From Azospirillum sp. (GTDB lineage: Bacteria; Pseudomonadota; Alphaproteobacteria; Azospirillales; Azospirillaceae): a stretch of 64,000 nt of DNA. Location: contig JAIXTS010000109.1 in assembly GCA_027483805.1 (NCBI GenBank), positions 6,474 to 70,473 on the forward strand, read 5' to 3'. The position numbers and the translations under genes are program-made. Below are positions 47,796 through 57,222 of the stretch, piece after piece. The notes beneath the pieces are model-generated. The model was not told the DNA's origin, searched no databases, and saw only the letters and a list, made by a program, of their open reading frames with translations. Every line of letters starts with the position of its first letter. Position 1 is the stretch's first letter.

Positions 47796-48866
47796 ATGAA
47801 GAACATCCTGCTGCTGGGCGCCGGCAAGATCGGCATCGCCATCACCCTGCTGCTGCGCCGGACCGGCGATTACGCCGTGACGGTCGCCGACCACAGCGCC
47901 GATGCCCTGAAGCGCTTCGCCGACCTGGGTGTGGACACGGTGCAGCTGGACATTAATGACGGCGCCGCCCTGCGCGCGGTCATGGCCGGCAAATATGCCG
48001 TGCTGAACGCCCTGCCCTTCCACACCACGGCCACTGTCGCCTATGGCGCCTATGATGCCGGCATCCATTATTTCGACCTGACCGAAGATGTGGCCAGCAC
48101 GCGCGTCGTGAAGGAAGTGGCCGCCAAGGCCGCCAGCGCCTTTGTCCCGCAATGCGGTCTCGCCCCCGGCTTTGTCTCCATCGCGGCCCATGGCCTGGCC
48201 GCCGGGTTCGACAGCCTGCGCGATGTGCAGCTGCGCGTGGGCGCCCTGCCGCGTTATCCCACCAACGCCCTGAAATATAACCTGACCTGGTCCACCGACG
48301 GCCTGATCAACGAATATCTGAACCCGTGCGAGGCGGTGCAGGATGGCAAGAATGTTGAGCTGCCGCCCCTGGAGGATCTGGAAGAATTCGCGCTGGAAGG
48401 CGTGACGTATGAGGCGTTCAACACCTCGGGCGGTCTGGGATCGCTGACCGAGACGCTGGCCGGCAAGGTGGAGAACCTGACCTACAAGTCGGTCCGCTAT
48501 CCCGGCCATTGCGCCATCATCAAGCTGCTGGTGGAAGACCTGCGCCTGGCACGGCGCCGCGACCTGCTGAAGGAAGTGCTGGAAGAAGCCCTGCCCATCA
48601 CCATGCAGGATGTGGTCCTGGTTTTCTGCACCGTCAGCGGCAAGCGCCATGGCCGCCTGGAACAGGAAAGCATCGTCCGCCACATCCATGGTGAAGAGGT
48701 CGAAGGCCATTTCCTGTCAGCCATTCAGATGAGCACGGCGGCTGGCATCTGCGCCATGCTGGACCTTCAGGCCGCCGGTCACCTGCCGTCGAAGGGCTTT
48801 GTCCGTCAGGAACAGATGCCGCTGGACCTGTTCCTTTCCAACCGTTTTGGGAAGGTTTATGCGTAA
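47796..48866 (+). CDS. Saccharopine dehydrogenase-family protein, probably lysine 6-dehydrogenase
   Basis: LLGAGKIG, NALPF, YFDLTED, PQCGLAPG, YNLTWSTDGLINEY, EAFNTSGG. Confidence 0.88.
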   Translation: MKNILLLGAGKIGIAITLLLRRTGDYAVTVADHSADALKRFADLGVDTVQLDINDGAALRAVMAGKYAVLNALPFHTTATVAYGAYDAGIHYFDLTEDVASTRVVKEVAAKAASAFVPQCGLAPGFVSIAAHGLAAGFDSLRDVQLRVGALPRYPTNALKYNLTWSTDGLINEYLNPCEAVQDGKNVELPPLEDLEEFALEGVTYEAFNTSGGLGSLTETLAGKVENLTYKSVRYPGHCAIIKLLVEDLRLARRRDLLKEVLEEALPITMQDVVLVFCTVSGKRHGRLEQESIVRHIHGEEVEGHFLSAIQMSTAAGICAMLDLQAAGHLPSKGFVRQEQMPLDLFLSNRFGKVYA

Positions 48867-48953
48867 CGCAAAATGGGGATGGGTGCCGCACCCCTCCCCA
48901 TTTCCCATAAAGCATAAACAAGCAGCATCCATTCCATACCGGAGTTCCGCCCC

Positions 48954-50456
48954 ATGTCCGCCACCGCCGCCCTTCTGGACCGTCTGGGCATTGCCCATCT
49001 CGTTGCCGACGGGGATATCGTCTCCCGCTCCCCCATCGATGGCGCCCGTCTGGGGGCCGTGAAGGCGCACAACGCCGCGGAGGTTGATGCTGCATTGGCG
49101 CAGTCCGCCGCAGCCTTCAAGGCTTGGTGTACCGTGCCCGCCCCGCGCCGGGGCGAACTGATCCGCCTGTTCGGGGAGGTGCTGCGCGAGCATAAGGCCG
49201 ACCTGGGCGCGCTGGTGACGCTGGAAGCCGGCAAGATCGTCCAGGAAGGCCTGGGCGAGGTGCAGGAGATGATCGATATCTGCGACTTCGCTGTGGGCCT
49301 GTCGCGGCAGTTGCACGGTTTGACCATCGCGTCGGAACGTCCGCGTCATCGCATGGTGGAAACCTGGCAGCCGCTGGGCCCCGTCGCCATCATCACCGCC
49401 TTCAACTTCCCCGTCGCCGTCTGGGCCTGGAACGCGGCCCTGGCCGTTGTCTGCGGCGACCCGGTGATCTGGAAGCCGTCGGAAAAGACGCCCCTGACGG
49501 CCCTGGCCACCCAGGCCCTGTTCGAAAAGGCCCTGGCCCGTTTCGGCGACGCGCCGGCCGGCCTGTCGCAGCTGCTGTTCGGCCTGCGTGAGGTGGGCGA
49601 ACAGATTGCATCCGACCCCCGCGTGCCGCTGGTCAGCGCCACCGGCTCCACCCGTATGGGCCGCGAAGTGGCCCCGGTCGTCGCCAAGCGCTTTGGCCGG
49701 TCGATCCTGGAACTGGGCGGCAACAACGCCATGATCGTGACGCCGTCGGCCGATCTGAAGCTGGCCGTGCGCGCCATCCTGTTCGCCGCCGTGGGCACTG
49801 CTGGTCAGCGCTGCACCACCCTGCGCCGCCTGATCGTGCACACCGATTGCTATGACAAGGTCGTGTCGGCGGTGAAGAATGCCTTTGCCGCCATTCAGCC
49901 GGGCGACCCGCGCGAGACGGGCACCCTGATGGGTCCGCTGATCGACAAGGCCGCGTTCGAAGCCGTGACCAAGGCGCTGGAGAGCGCCACGGCACAGGGC
50001 GGCGCAGTGCATGGCGGTGGCCGTGCCCTTTCCGACAGCTTCCCCGATGCCTGGTACGCCTATCCCGCCCTGGTGGAAATGCCGGCCCAGACGGAGATCG
50101 TGAAACACGAGACCTTCGGCCCCATCCTCTATGTCCTGCGCTACAGCGACTTTGAGGAAGCCGTGGCGATGCAGAATGATGTGCCGCAGGGCCTGTCGTC
50201 CAGCATCATCACCCGCGACCTGCTGGAGGCCGAACGTTTCCTGGCGCCCGATGGCTCCGACTGCGGCATTGCCAATGTCAATATGGGTCCCAGCGGTGCC
50301 GAAATCGGCGGGGCCTTCGGCGGGGAGAAGGAAACCGGCGGCGGCCGCGAAAGCGGGTCCGACAGCTGGCGGCAATATATGCGCCGTCAGACCTCGGCCA
50401 TCAATTACGGCACCTCCCTGCCACTGGCCCAGGGGATTGAGTTCCCGGAGCTGTGA
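48954..50456 (+). CDS. Aldehyde dehydrogenase family 7 (piperideine-6-carboxylate / alpha-aminoadipate semialdehyde dehydrogenase)
   Basis: GEVQEMIDICDFAVGLSRQL, AFNFPVAV, TGS, LELGGNN, GQRCTT, GAEIGGAFGGEKETGGGRESGSD. Confidence 0.93.
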   Translation: MSATAALLDRLGIAHLVADGDIVSRSPIDGARLGAVKAHNAAEVDAALAQSAAAFKAWCTVPAPRRGELIRLFGEVLREHKADLGALVTLEAGKIVQEGLGEVQEMIDICDFAVGLSRQLHGLTIASERPRHRMVETWQPLGPVAIITAFNFPVAVWAWNAALAVVCGDPVIWKPSEKTPLTALATQALFEKALARFGDAPAGLSQLLFGLREVGEQIASDPRVPLVSATGSTRMGREVAPVVAKRFGRSILELGGNNAMIVTPSADLKLAVRAILFAAVGTAGQRCTTLRRLIVHTDCYDKVVSAVKNAFAAIQPGDPRETGTLMGPLIDKAAFEAVTKALESATAQGGAVHGGGRALSDSFPDAWYAYPALVEMPAQTEIVKHETFGPILYVLRYSDFEEAVAMQNDVPQGLSSSIITRDLLEAERFLAPDGSDCGIANVNMGPSGAEIGGAFGGEKETGGGRESGSDSWRQYMRRQTSAINYGTSLPLAQGIEFPEL

Positions 50457-50522
50457 TAGGATGCCGGGGCAGGTGGGCAACCATCCGCCCCGGCCCGTCT
50501 TCCCGTTTTGCCAAGGCCCCCG

Positions 50523-50966
50523 ATGGACGCCATTGACGCTCAGCAGGATGCCGTTGATACGGCCCTGCTCGCCCTTCTGAAGGCCAATGCCCGCGAACCG
50601 GCGGCGTCCCTGGCGCGCAAGCTGGGGCTGGCCCGGTCGTCGGTGCAGGCGCGCATCGCGCGGCTGGAACGGCTGGGCGTCATCCAGGGCTATACGCTGC
50701 GTCAGGACCCCGGCAGCAGCCGGCTGATCCGCGCCTATGTGCTGCTTTCCACCAACCCCAAGATGCTGTCGCGCATCGTGGCGGAGGTAAAGCGCATCAC
50801 GGAGGTGGAAAGCCTGTCGGCCATTTCCGGCACCTACGACATGATGGCCGTCATCGCGGCACAGTCGGTGCAGGATATCGACCGTGTCCTCGACATGCTG
50901 GGTCAGGTGCAGGGGGTGGAACGCACCATGTCGTCCCTGGTCCTGTCGGACAAGTTCAGGCGATAG
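50523..50966 (+). CDS. Lrp/AsnC-family regulator
   Basis: LLALLKANAR…SLARKLGLARSSVQARIARLE..GVI.GY; SGTYD. Confidence 0.92.
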   Translation: MDAIDAQQDAVDTALLALLKANAREPAASLARKLGLARSSVQARIARLERLGVIQGYTLRQDPGSSRLIRAYVLLSTNPKMLSRIVAEVKRITEVESLSAISGTYDMMAVIAAQSVQDIDRVLDMLGQVQGVERTMSSLVLSDKFRR

Positions 50967-51741
50967 CGCGCCGTGCCAACACCCCCACAATATGGGCCCG
51001 ATAAGCGGCATCGGCATGCATGTCGCTGTTCAGGCCATCGGCATCCAGCACCAGCCCGTCCAGCGCATCGGCCGTGAACGCTGCCGTCAACGCCGCCTCT
51101 GCCGCGTCCCAGCGGAACACGCACGGCCCGGCCCCCGTCACCGCCACCCGCACACTGTCCCCCTGCCTGGCCACGAACACGCCCGCCATCGCATAGCGGC
51201 TGGCCGGATTGGGGAACTTGGCATAGCGGGCATGGGAGGCGGCGGGGAAAAACACCGACGCCACCACCTCGCCGGGCTGCAACGCCGTCTCGAACAGGCC
51301 GGTGAAGAATTCACCCCCCGCAATATCCCGCCGGTCGGTGCGGATGATGGCGCCCAGCGCTACCAAAGCCGCCGGATAATCCGCCGCCGGGTCGGCATTG
51401 GCGATCGACCCGCCGATGGTGCCGCGGTTGCGCACCTGGGCATCGCCGATATGGGAGGCCAGATCGGCCAGCCCCGGCAGAATGCCGCGCACGCACGCAC
51501 TGCCCGCCACGGCGGCATGGGTCGCCATGGCCCCGATGCGCACCCCGTCACCCTCGGCCACGATCTCCCGCAATCCCGGCACCGCCGACAGATCGACCAA
51601 AGATGTCGGCATGGCCAGCCGCTGTTTCAGCGTCGGGATCAGGGTCTGGCCGCCGGCCAGGACCTTGGCATCCTCATCCGCGATCAACAGCGAGACAACA
51701 TCAGACAATGCTGCGGGACGGTGATAATCGAACCCGTACAT
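50956..51741 (-). CDS. Molybdo-flavoenzyme FAD-binding medium subunit (CoxM/CutM-like)
   Basis: LAGGQTLIP.LKQRLA.P, IGA, QVRNRGTIGGS.AN.DPAAD, KF.NPASR, D.HA.A.YR. Confidence 0.93.
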   Translation of the reverse strand: MYGFDYHRPAALSDVVSLLIADEDAKVLAGGQTLIPTLKQRLAMPTSLVDLSAVPGLREIVAEGDGVRIGAMATHAAVAGSACVRGILPGLADLASHIGDAQVRNRGTIGGSIANADPAADYPAALVALGAIIRTDRRDIAGGEFFTGLFETALQPGEVVASVFFPAASHARYAKFPNPASRYAMAGVFVARQGDSVRVAVTGAGPCVFRWDAAEAALTAAFTADALDGLVLDADGLNSDMHADAAYRAHIVGVLARRAIA

Positions 51742-51745
51742 GGCC

Positions 51746-52222
51746 TTACCCTTCCCGCATGGCCTGGGCGCCGGCGCGCACGGCCTTCACGATATTCTGA
51801 TACCCGGTGCAGCGGCAGAGATTGCCCTCAAGACCGTCGCGGATTGTCGCCTCCTCCAGGTCGGGCGCGGTGCGGGCCAGCTCAATGGCCCCCATTACCA
51901 TGCCCGGCGTGCAGAAGCCGCATTGCAGCCCATGATGTTCCCGGAACGCCGCCTGCATCGGGTGCAAGGCCCCATCCGGCCCCGCGATCCCCTCGATGGT
52001 CAGCACATGCGTCCCATCGGCCTGCACCGCCAGCACGGCGCAGCTTTTCACTGACAGTCCATCCAGATGTACCGTACAGGCCCCGCACTGGCTGGTATCA
52101 CAGCCGACATGCGTGCCGGTCAGGCACAGATCATCGCGCAGCAGCTGTGACAGCAGCAGGCGCGGATCCACCTCCCGGCTCACCGGTTCGCCATTGACAG
52201 TCAGGCTAATCGCGACGGACAT
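51746..52222 (-). CDS. Molybdo-flavoenzyme 2x[2Fe-2S] small subunit (CoxS/CutS-like)
   Basis: [11 protein letters not shown]…[19 protein letters not shown]. Confidence 0.95.
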   Translation of the reverse strand: MSVAISLTVNGEPVSREVDPRLLLSQLLRDDLCLTGTHVGCDTSQCGACTVHLDGLSVKSCAVLAVQADGTHVLTIEGIAGPDGALHPMQAAFREHHGLQCGFCTPGMVMGAIELARTAPDLEEATIRDGLEGNLCRCTGYQNIVKAVRAGAQAMREG

Positions 52223-52285
52223 GCGTTGCATCCTTGGGCGCTGCGGGGGCATCCACCCCTTTCTGACCCGTCGGCCTGTGCGCCG

Positions 52286-55200
52286 TCAATCCACCTCCTT
52301 GGGTGCCAGCAGCAGATACATGGCCGGTGTCACCAGCCGCGACAGAACGGTGGAGGAAACCAGCCCGCCAATAATCACCGCCGCCAGCGGTGAATAAAGC
52401 CCGGACCCGCCCAGCGCCAGCGGCAACAGGCCGCCAATGGCGGTGATGGAGGTGAGCAGCACAGGCAGGAACCGCACCTCCCCCGCCTCCTCGATCGCGG
52501 CCTTCAGCGGCGTGCCGGCGCGGCGCAGCTGGGTGGTGAAATCCACCAGCAGGATGGAATTCTTGATCTCGATCCCGATCAGGGCAATGAAGCCGATTAC
52601 GGCGGTGAAGGACAGGGTATAGCCCGTGACGAACAGCGCCACCATGCCGCCGATAATGCCGAGCGGAATCACCCCCGCCACCACGGCCGTGGTCGCAAAG
52701 CTGCGGAATTCCAGGATCAGCACGGCCAGGATGCCGAACATGGCCACCAGGATCGCCCCTGACAGGCCCGCGAAACTCTTGGACCGGGTCTCCGCCTCGC
52801 CGCCCGTCATCAACCGGTAACCCGGCGGCAAGCCCAGGGCCGACAGCTGTTCGCCAATGGCACGGGTGACACGGTCGGTGTTAAAGCCGGTGGCCGTGAA
52901 GGCCGTGATGGTGACGGCGCGTTCGCGGTTGAACCGGTCGATGCGCGCCGGGCCGGTGATGAAATGCGGATCGCTGATCGCCGACAGCGGCACCGCCCCC
53001 GCCGCACCGGGCACCCTGATATCGCCCAGCACGTCCAGCTCATGCCGGCCCGCCATGGGCAGGCGCAGGGTTACCGGATAATCATCGCCATCGCTTTCCC
53101 TGTAGGTGGCGACGGCTTCGCCCGACAAGGACAGGCGCACGGCCCGGTCCACCGCCCCTGCCGGCACACCCAGGACACCTGCCTTGTCCAGGTCGATGCC
53201 CAGATCCAGGTCGGTGCGGTCCAGGCGCAACGGATTGACCACGTCGCGCGATCCGGGCGTACCTTCGATGATTGAGGTCACCTTGGCCGCCAGTTCCTTC
53301 AGCACCGGCAGTTCTGGCCCCAGGATGCGCACCGCGATGGGGGCTTCGATGGGGGGGCCATTCTCGAACACCCGCACAATGATCTGCGCCCCGGGATAGG
53401 CCGCCAGCCTGGCGCGCAGCTTGTCCAGCTCCGCCGTGCTCTGCTTTCCCTTCCATTGCGTCAGGCCTACAAAGATGGCGCCATGGGTCGGGTCATCCTC
53501 ACGTGGGGTGATGTTGTAATAGATGCGGGGATTGCCATGCCCGGCATTGGCCATGACAAAACGCACGTCGGGCATCTGCTTCACCTGATCCTCGACAAAG
53601 CGGACGGCCTTGTCCGTCTCGGCCAGCGGCGCGCCGTCGGGCAGGTCGATCTCGATCAGGAATTGCGGGATGTCGGCGGGCGGAAACAGGCTGAACCCGA
53701 TGCGCGGCACCAGGGCGATGGAGCCCACGAACAGAATCGTGGCGATCAGCACCGTGATGCCGGGCCGGTCCAGCGCCCGGTGCAGCACGGGGCGATAGAC
53801 GGCATGGATGGCACCCATGACCAACCGCAACGCCTTGTTGCCTTCCGGATGCTCATGCCGCGACAGGATGCGGGCGGCCAGGAACGGGATCATGGTCAAG
53901 GCCACGAACAGTGACGCGGCGACGGTCGCCAGCACCGAGACGGGCAGCGACTTGATGAACTTGCCTGACCCTTCCGGCAGGAACATCAGCGGCAGAAAGG
54001 CCAGCAGCAAGGTGGCGGTACAGCCCAGGACCGCCACTGCGATCTGGCGCGTGCCCTCGATCGCCGCCTCTTCCCGGCTTTTGCCCATGCGCAGATGCCG
54101 GGCGATGTTTTCCGTCACCACGATACTGTCATCGACCAGAAGGCCCAGCGACAACACAAAGCCGGCAATCGACAGCTGGTTCAGGGTGAAGCCCGTGAAT
54201 TGCAGCACCGTCACGCCGATGGCCAGCGACAGCGGAATGGCCAGCATCACCACCAGTGACGCCCGGAATCCCAGGGGGATGAGCGTGATCAGCACCAGGG
54301 CCAGGGCGATGGCGAAATCGCGGAACAGGGTGGACAGGCGCTTGGCCACATTTTCCGACTGATCGAACCCGCGCTCCAGCGTGATGGTGGGCGGCAGCGA
54401 TCGCTCAAACTCGTCCAAGGCCGCATAAGCGCCTTTCTTGATGTCGAAGATATTCTGCCCCGGCTTCTGGTTGGCCGTGACGAACACGGCCCGTTTGCCG
54501 TTGAAGCGGGCAATATGGTTGGCCTCGTCTGCGGCCCAGGTCACCTCTGCCACGTCGCGGACCCGCACCACACGGCCATCGGCAGCACGCACGACGGTAT
54601 CGGCAACATCGTCCAGCGTGTCGAAATCCCCTTCCGTCTTGACCGTGAAGCGCCGCTCGCCGGCATGCAGCGCCCCCAATGGCACCGCCGCCCCTTCCGC
54701 CTTCAAGGCATCGGCCACCGCCGTCACGGGCAGGCGCAGTTCGGCCAGGCGTCCGGCATCGACGGCGACACGGACCTCGGTCCGCTCTTCGCCCCAGATC
54801 TCCGATTCCCAGACGCCGGGCACCCGGTCGATGATGTCGCGCAGATCATCGGCCCGCTTGCGCAGCTCCAGCGCCGACACGCCATCACCGATCAGCGCCA
54901 CCTGCATAAAATTGGTCAGCGCCGTGTTGAATTTCTCGACGTCCAGCCGGACCAGTCCAGCCGGCAGGGTAGGGCGGATGGCATTCACCTCCCGCACCAC
55001 CTGGTCATATTTGCGCTCTGCGTCGCTGGACCAGTCGAACTCCACCGTGATGACGGCGACACCGTCGCGGGTGCGCGACGTGATCTTGGTGATGTCATCC
55101 AGACTGTCGATGGCATCTTCCAGCGGGTCGGTAACCTGTTTTTCCAGATCGACCGTATCGGCCCCCGGCAGTACAGCCACCACCAGCATCGTTGGGATCG

Positions 55201-55324
55201 GAAAGCTGGGGTCCTCCGCGCGCGGGATGGACAGAAGCGAACTGACGCCCATGGCGGCCAGCATGGCGAACAGCACGAGCGTGAACTGCCATTGGCGCAC
55301 GGAAAAGGCGGCGATATTGCCCAT
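52286..55324 (-). CDS. RND efflux permease (AcrB/D/F family)
   Basis: 1012 aa, two 6-TM halves; GLLVDDSIVVTENI, KNSILLVDF, R..PVLLTS. Confidence 0.95.
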   Translation of the reverse strand: MGNIAAFSVRQWQFTLVLFAMLAAMGVSSLLSIPRAEDPSFPIPTMLVVAVLPGADTVDLEKQVTDPLEDAIDSLDDITKITSRTRDGVAVITVEFDWSSDAERKYDQVVREVNAIRPTLPAGLVRLDVEKFNTALTNFMQVALIGDGVSALELRKRADDLRDIIDRVPGVWESEIWGEERTEVRVAVDAGRLAELRLPVTAVADALKAEGAAVPLGALHAGERRFTVKTEGDFDTLDDVADTVVRAADGRVVRVRDVAEVTWAADEANHIARFNGKRAVFVTANQKPGQNIFDIKKGAYAALDEFERSLPPTITLERGFDQSENVAKRLSTLFRDFAIALALVLITLIPLGFRASLVVMLAIPLSLAIGVTVLQFTGFTLNQLSIAGFVLSLGLLVDDSIVVTENIARHLRMGKSREEAAIEGTRQIAVAVLGCTATLLLAFLPLMFLPEGSGKFIKSLPVSVLATVAASLFVALTMIPFLAARILSRHEHPEGNKALRLVMGAIHAVYRPVLHRALDRPGITVLIATILFVGSIALVPRIGFSLFPPADIPQFLIEIDLPDGAPLAETDKAVRFVEDQVKQMPDVRFVMANAGHGNPRIYYNITPREDDPTHGAIFVGLTQWKGKQSTAELDKLRARLAAYPGAQIIVRVFENGPPIEAPIAVRILGPELPVLKELAAKVTSIIEGTPGSRDVVNPLRLDRTDLDLGIDLDKAGVLGVPAGAVDRAVRLSLSGEAVATYRESDGDDYPVTLRLPMAGRHELDVLGDIRVPGAAGAVPLSAISDPHFITGPARIDRFNRERAVTITAFTATGFNTDRVTRAIGEQLSALGLPPGYRLMTGGEAETRSKSFAGLSGAILVAMFGILAVLILEFRSFATTAVVAGVIPLGIIGGMVALFVTGYTLSFTAVIGFIALIGIEIKNSILLVDFTTQLRRAGTPLKAAIEEAGEVRFLPVLLTSITAIGGLLPLALGGSGLYSPLAAVIIGGLVSSTVLSRLVTPAMYLLLAPKEVD

Positions 55325-55327
55325 GGC

Positions 55328-56377
55328 TTAGTTCCCCGCCGCTGCGATGATGATGGCGCTGTCGGGCCGCAGATAGGCGCCGCCCGCCGACACAACCCGC
55401 TCCCCTTCGGAAAGCCCGCCAGCCACCAGCAGGTCGCTCCCGCGCAGACCCGCCACCTTCACCTGCCGCCGTTCCACGCCCTTGCCGTCGGCTTTCACAA
55501 CGTACAATGTGGCCAGATCGCCAAACCCCTCGATGATGGCGGACGCCGGGACGGCCAGCGGCGGCTGTGCCCCACCCGGCTTCGGCGCGATCAGCAGGGT
55601 GACGATGCGCCCGCTGGACAGAGAGGAAGGGGCCTCAGGCAGCGTCACCTCCACATCGAACACACCGGTACCGGTGGCGCTTTTGGCCGCGATGCGGGTC
55701 ACCTGCCCCGTCAGCCGCCCCTCGGGAAGGTCCAGCTGTACCGCATTGCCGGTCCCCACCCGCGCCACATCGCGGTCGGACAGGCCCGCGCGCACGATCA
55801 CGCCGCTTTCACGGTCGCCGATGACCAGGGCCGTGGTGCCCGCCGGCACGATCTGCCCGGGCTCCAGCGGCCTTGCCAGCACCACGCCGTCCGCCGGCGC
55901 GCTGATCTCCGACAGGCCCCGGTTGAAGGCGATGGCATCGCGGTCGGCCTGGGCTGTGTCCAGCGCCGACTTGGCCGCATCCACCCGCGCCTTTTCCACA
56001 AAGCCCTTGGCGACCAGGGGCAGCAGCCGGTCCAGATCCTGCCGTGCCTTGGTGACGCGGGCATCGGCGGCCCGCAACTGCGCATCCACCTCCGTCACCT
56101 GGATACGGGCCAGACGCTGGCCGCGCGTCACCGGGTCGGCGATATCGACCTGGAACCCCTCCACCTTGCCCGCCACCTTGAAGGAAAGCGGGATTTCCCT
56201 TTTGAAGGCGACGGTGCCCGTGGCCTTCACCATCTGCGCCTCCGGCGCGGGGCGGGCTGCACTGACCGACACGGGCACGGGCGGGGCCGCAGGGGCCGCC
56301 CGTGCCATGTCAGGATCGGCCTTGCCGCATGCGGACAGGGCCATAACAAGGATCAGCGGGACGGACGCGCGCAGCAT
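55328..56377 (-). CDS. RND periplasmic adaptor (membrane fusion protein), probable lipoprotein
   Basis: Lipobox LSAC; FKVAGKV…V..GQ.LA; I.AP.DG.V; V.GG.YL. Confidence 0.93.
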   Translation of the reverse strand: MLRASVPLILVMALSACGKADPDMARAAPAAPPVPVSVSAARPAPEAQMVKATGTVAFKREIPLSFKVAGKVEGFQVDIADPVTRGQRLARIQVTEVDAQLRAADARVTKARQDLDRLLPLVAKGFVEKARVDAAKSALDTAQADRDAIAFNRGLSEISAPADGVVLARPLEPGQIVPAGTTALVIGDRESGVIVRAGLSDRDVARVGTGNAVQLDLPEGRLTGQVTRIAAKSATGTGVFDVEVTLPEAPSSLSSGRIVTLLIAPKPGGAQPPLAVPASAIIEGFGDLATLYVVKADGKGVERRQVKVAGLRGSDLLVAGGLSEGERVVSAGGAYLRPDSAIIIAAAGN

Positions 56378-56386
56378 GGCACACCT

Positions 56387-56419
56387 AACCTAACATCGGT
56401 AAGTTTACGGTGTTAGGTT
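56387..56419. promoter_or_regulatory. Candidate TetR operator in the divergent promoter
   Basis: 12-bp arms AACCTAACATCG / CGGTGTTAGGTT (one mismatch) with a 9-bp spacer. Confidence 0.7.
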
Positions 56420-56466
56420 TAGTCTGAACGCGCTATAGGTCAATAGGGATTCTGAAAGTTGATTGC

Positions 56467-57150
56467 ATGGTTAACGAAAAAGGCACGCGTGCAGCAAAAC
56501 CGGCGAAGCGGACACGGCTTCCCGCCGCCGAACGCCGTGCGCAGATCCTGGCCGTGGCCCGCGACCTGTTCGTGACCCAGGGGTTCGAACAGGCCAGCAT
56601 GCGGCGTATCGCCGACGCCGCCGGCATCACGCCCACCGCCATTTACGACCATTTCGCCGACAAGGAAGCGCTGCTGACCGCCATCGCGGCCGAGTTTTTC
56701 GACGGTCTGGTTGCGGCCATGACGGTGCCGGCGGGAACAGTGGCCGACCCGCTGGGCATGCTGCGGCAACTGATGGTGAATTATGTGCGCTATGGCTTGG
56801 CGCACCCCAATGAGTACCGGCTGGTCTTCATGAACAGCCTGTCGCGATTTGTCCCCACGCTGGGCCATCGCGGCCTGCCCTGTCAGCCCGGCAATATTCC
56901 CGACGATGTGGCGCAGAAGGCGGCTAAGGCCAAGCAGAGCTTTGGCATCCTTCAGACCGGCATCGAAAGACTGGTGGCCGCCGGACTGCTGCGCGCCGAC
57001 GATCCCGAAGGTTTCGCCGACAGCGTCTGGGCCATGGGCCACGGCATTGTCTCCCTGGTCATCACCAAGGGCGACAGCAACTTCACCCCCATCGACCGCT
57101 GGATCGATACGTCCATCGGAATATTGACCGATGGGATGCGTCCGCGCTGA
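56467..57150 (+). CDS. TetR/AcrR-family regulator
   Basis: ILAVARDLF..QGF…SMRRIADAAGITPTAIYDHF.DKEALL. Confidence 0.95.
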   Translation: MVNEKGTRAAKPAKRTRLPAAERRAQILAVARDLFVTQGFEQASMRRIADAAGITPTAIYDHFADKEALLTAIAAEFFDGLVAAMTVPAGTVADPLGMLRQLMVNYVRYGLAHPNEYRLVFMNSLSRFVPTLGHRGLPCQPGNIPDDVAQKAAKAKQSFGILQTGIERLVAAGLLRADDPEGFADSVWAMGHGIVSLVITKGDSNFTPIDRWIDTSIGILTDGMRPR

Positions 57151-57222
57151 CCCGCCCCCTGTCATTACAGAGTCATGGATGCGGTGCAATATCCCGCGGT
57201 CTCATGACCGAATCGGTGACAA

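Noticed and set aside
48717-51017. 766-aa reverse-strand ORF, and similar long ORFs at 13804-15609, 23031-24740, 29952-31622, 54515-56416 and 26966-28351
   Set aside because: These are antisense shadows of well-supported genes, expected in high-GC DNA, with no recognisable motifs.
50956-52222. Evidence for aerobic CO oxidation
   Set aside because: No CoxL (AYXCSFR motif) or cox accessory genes are in the window; the S and M subunits alone do not define the substrate.
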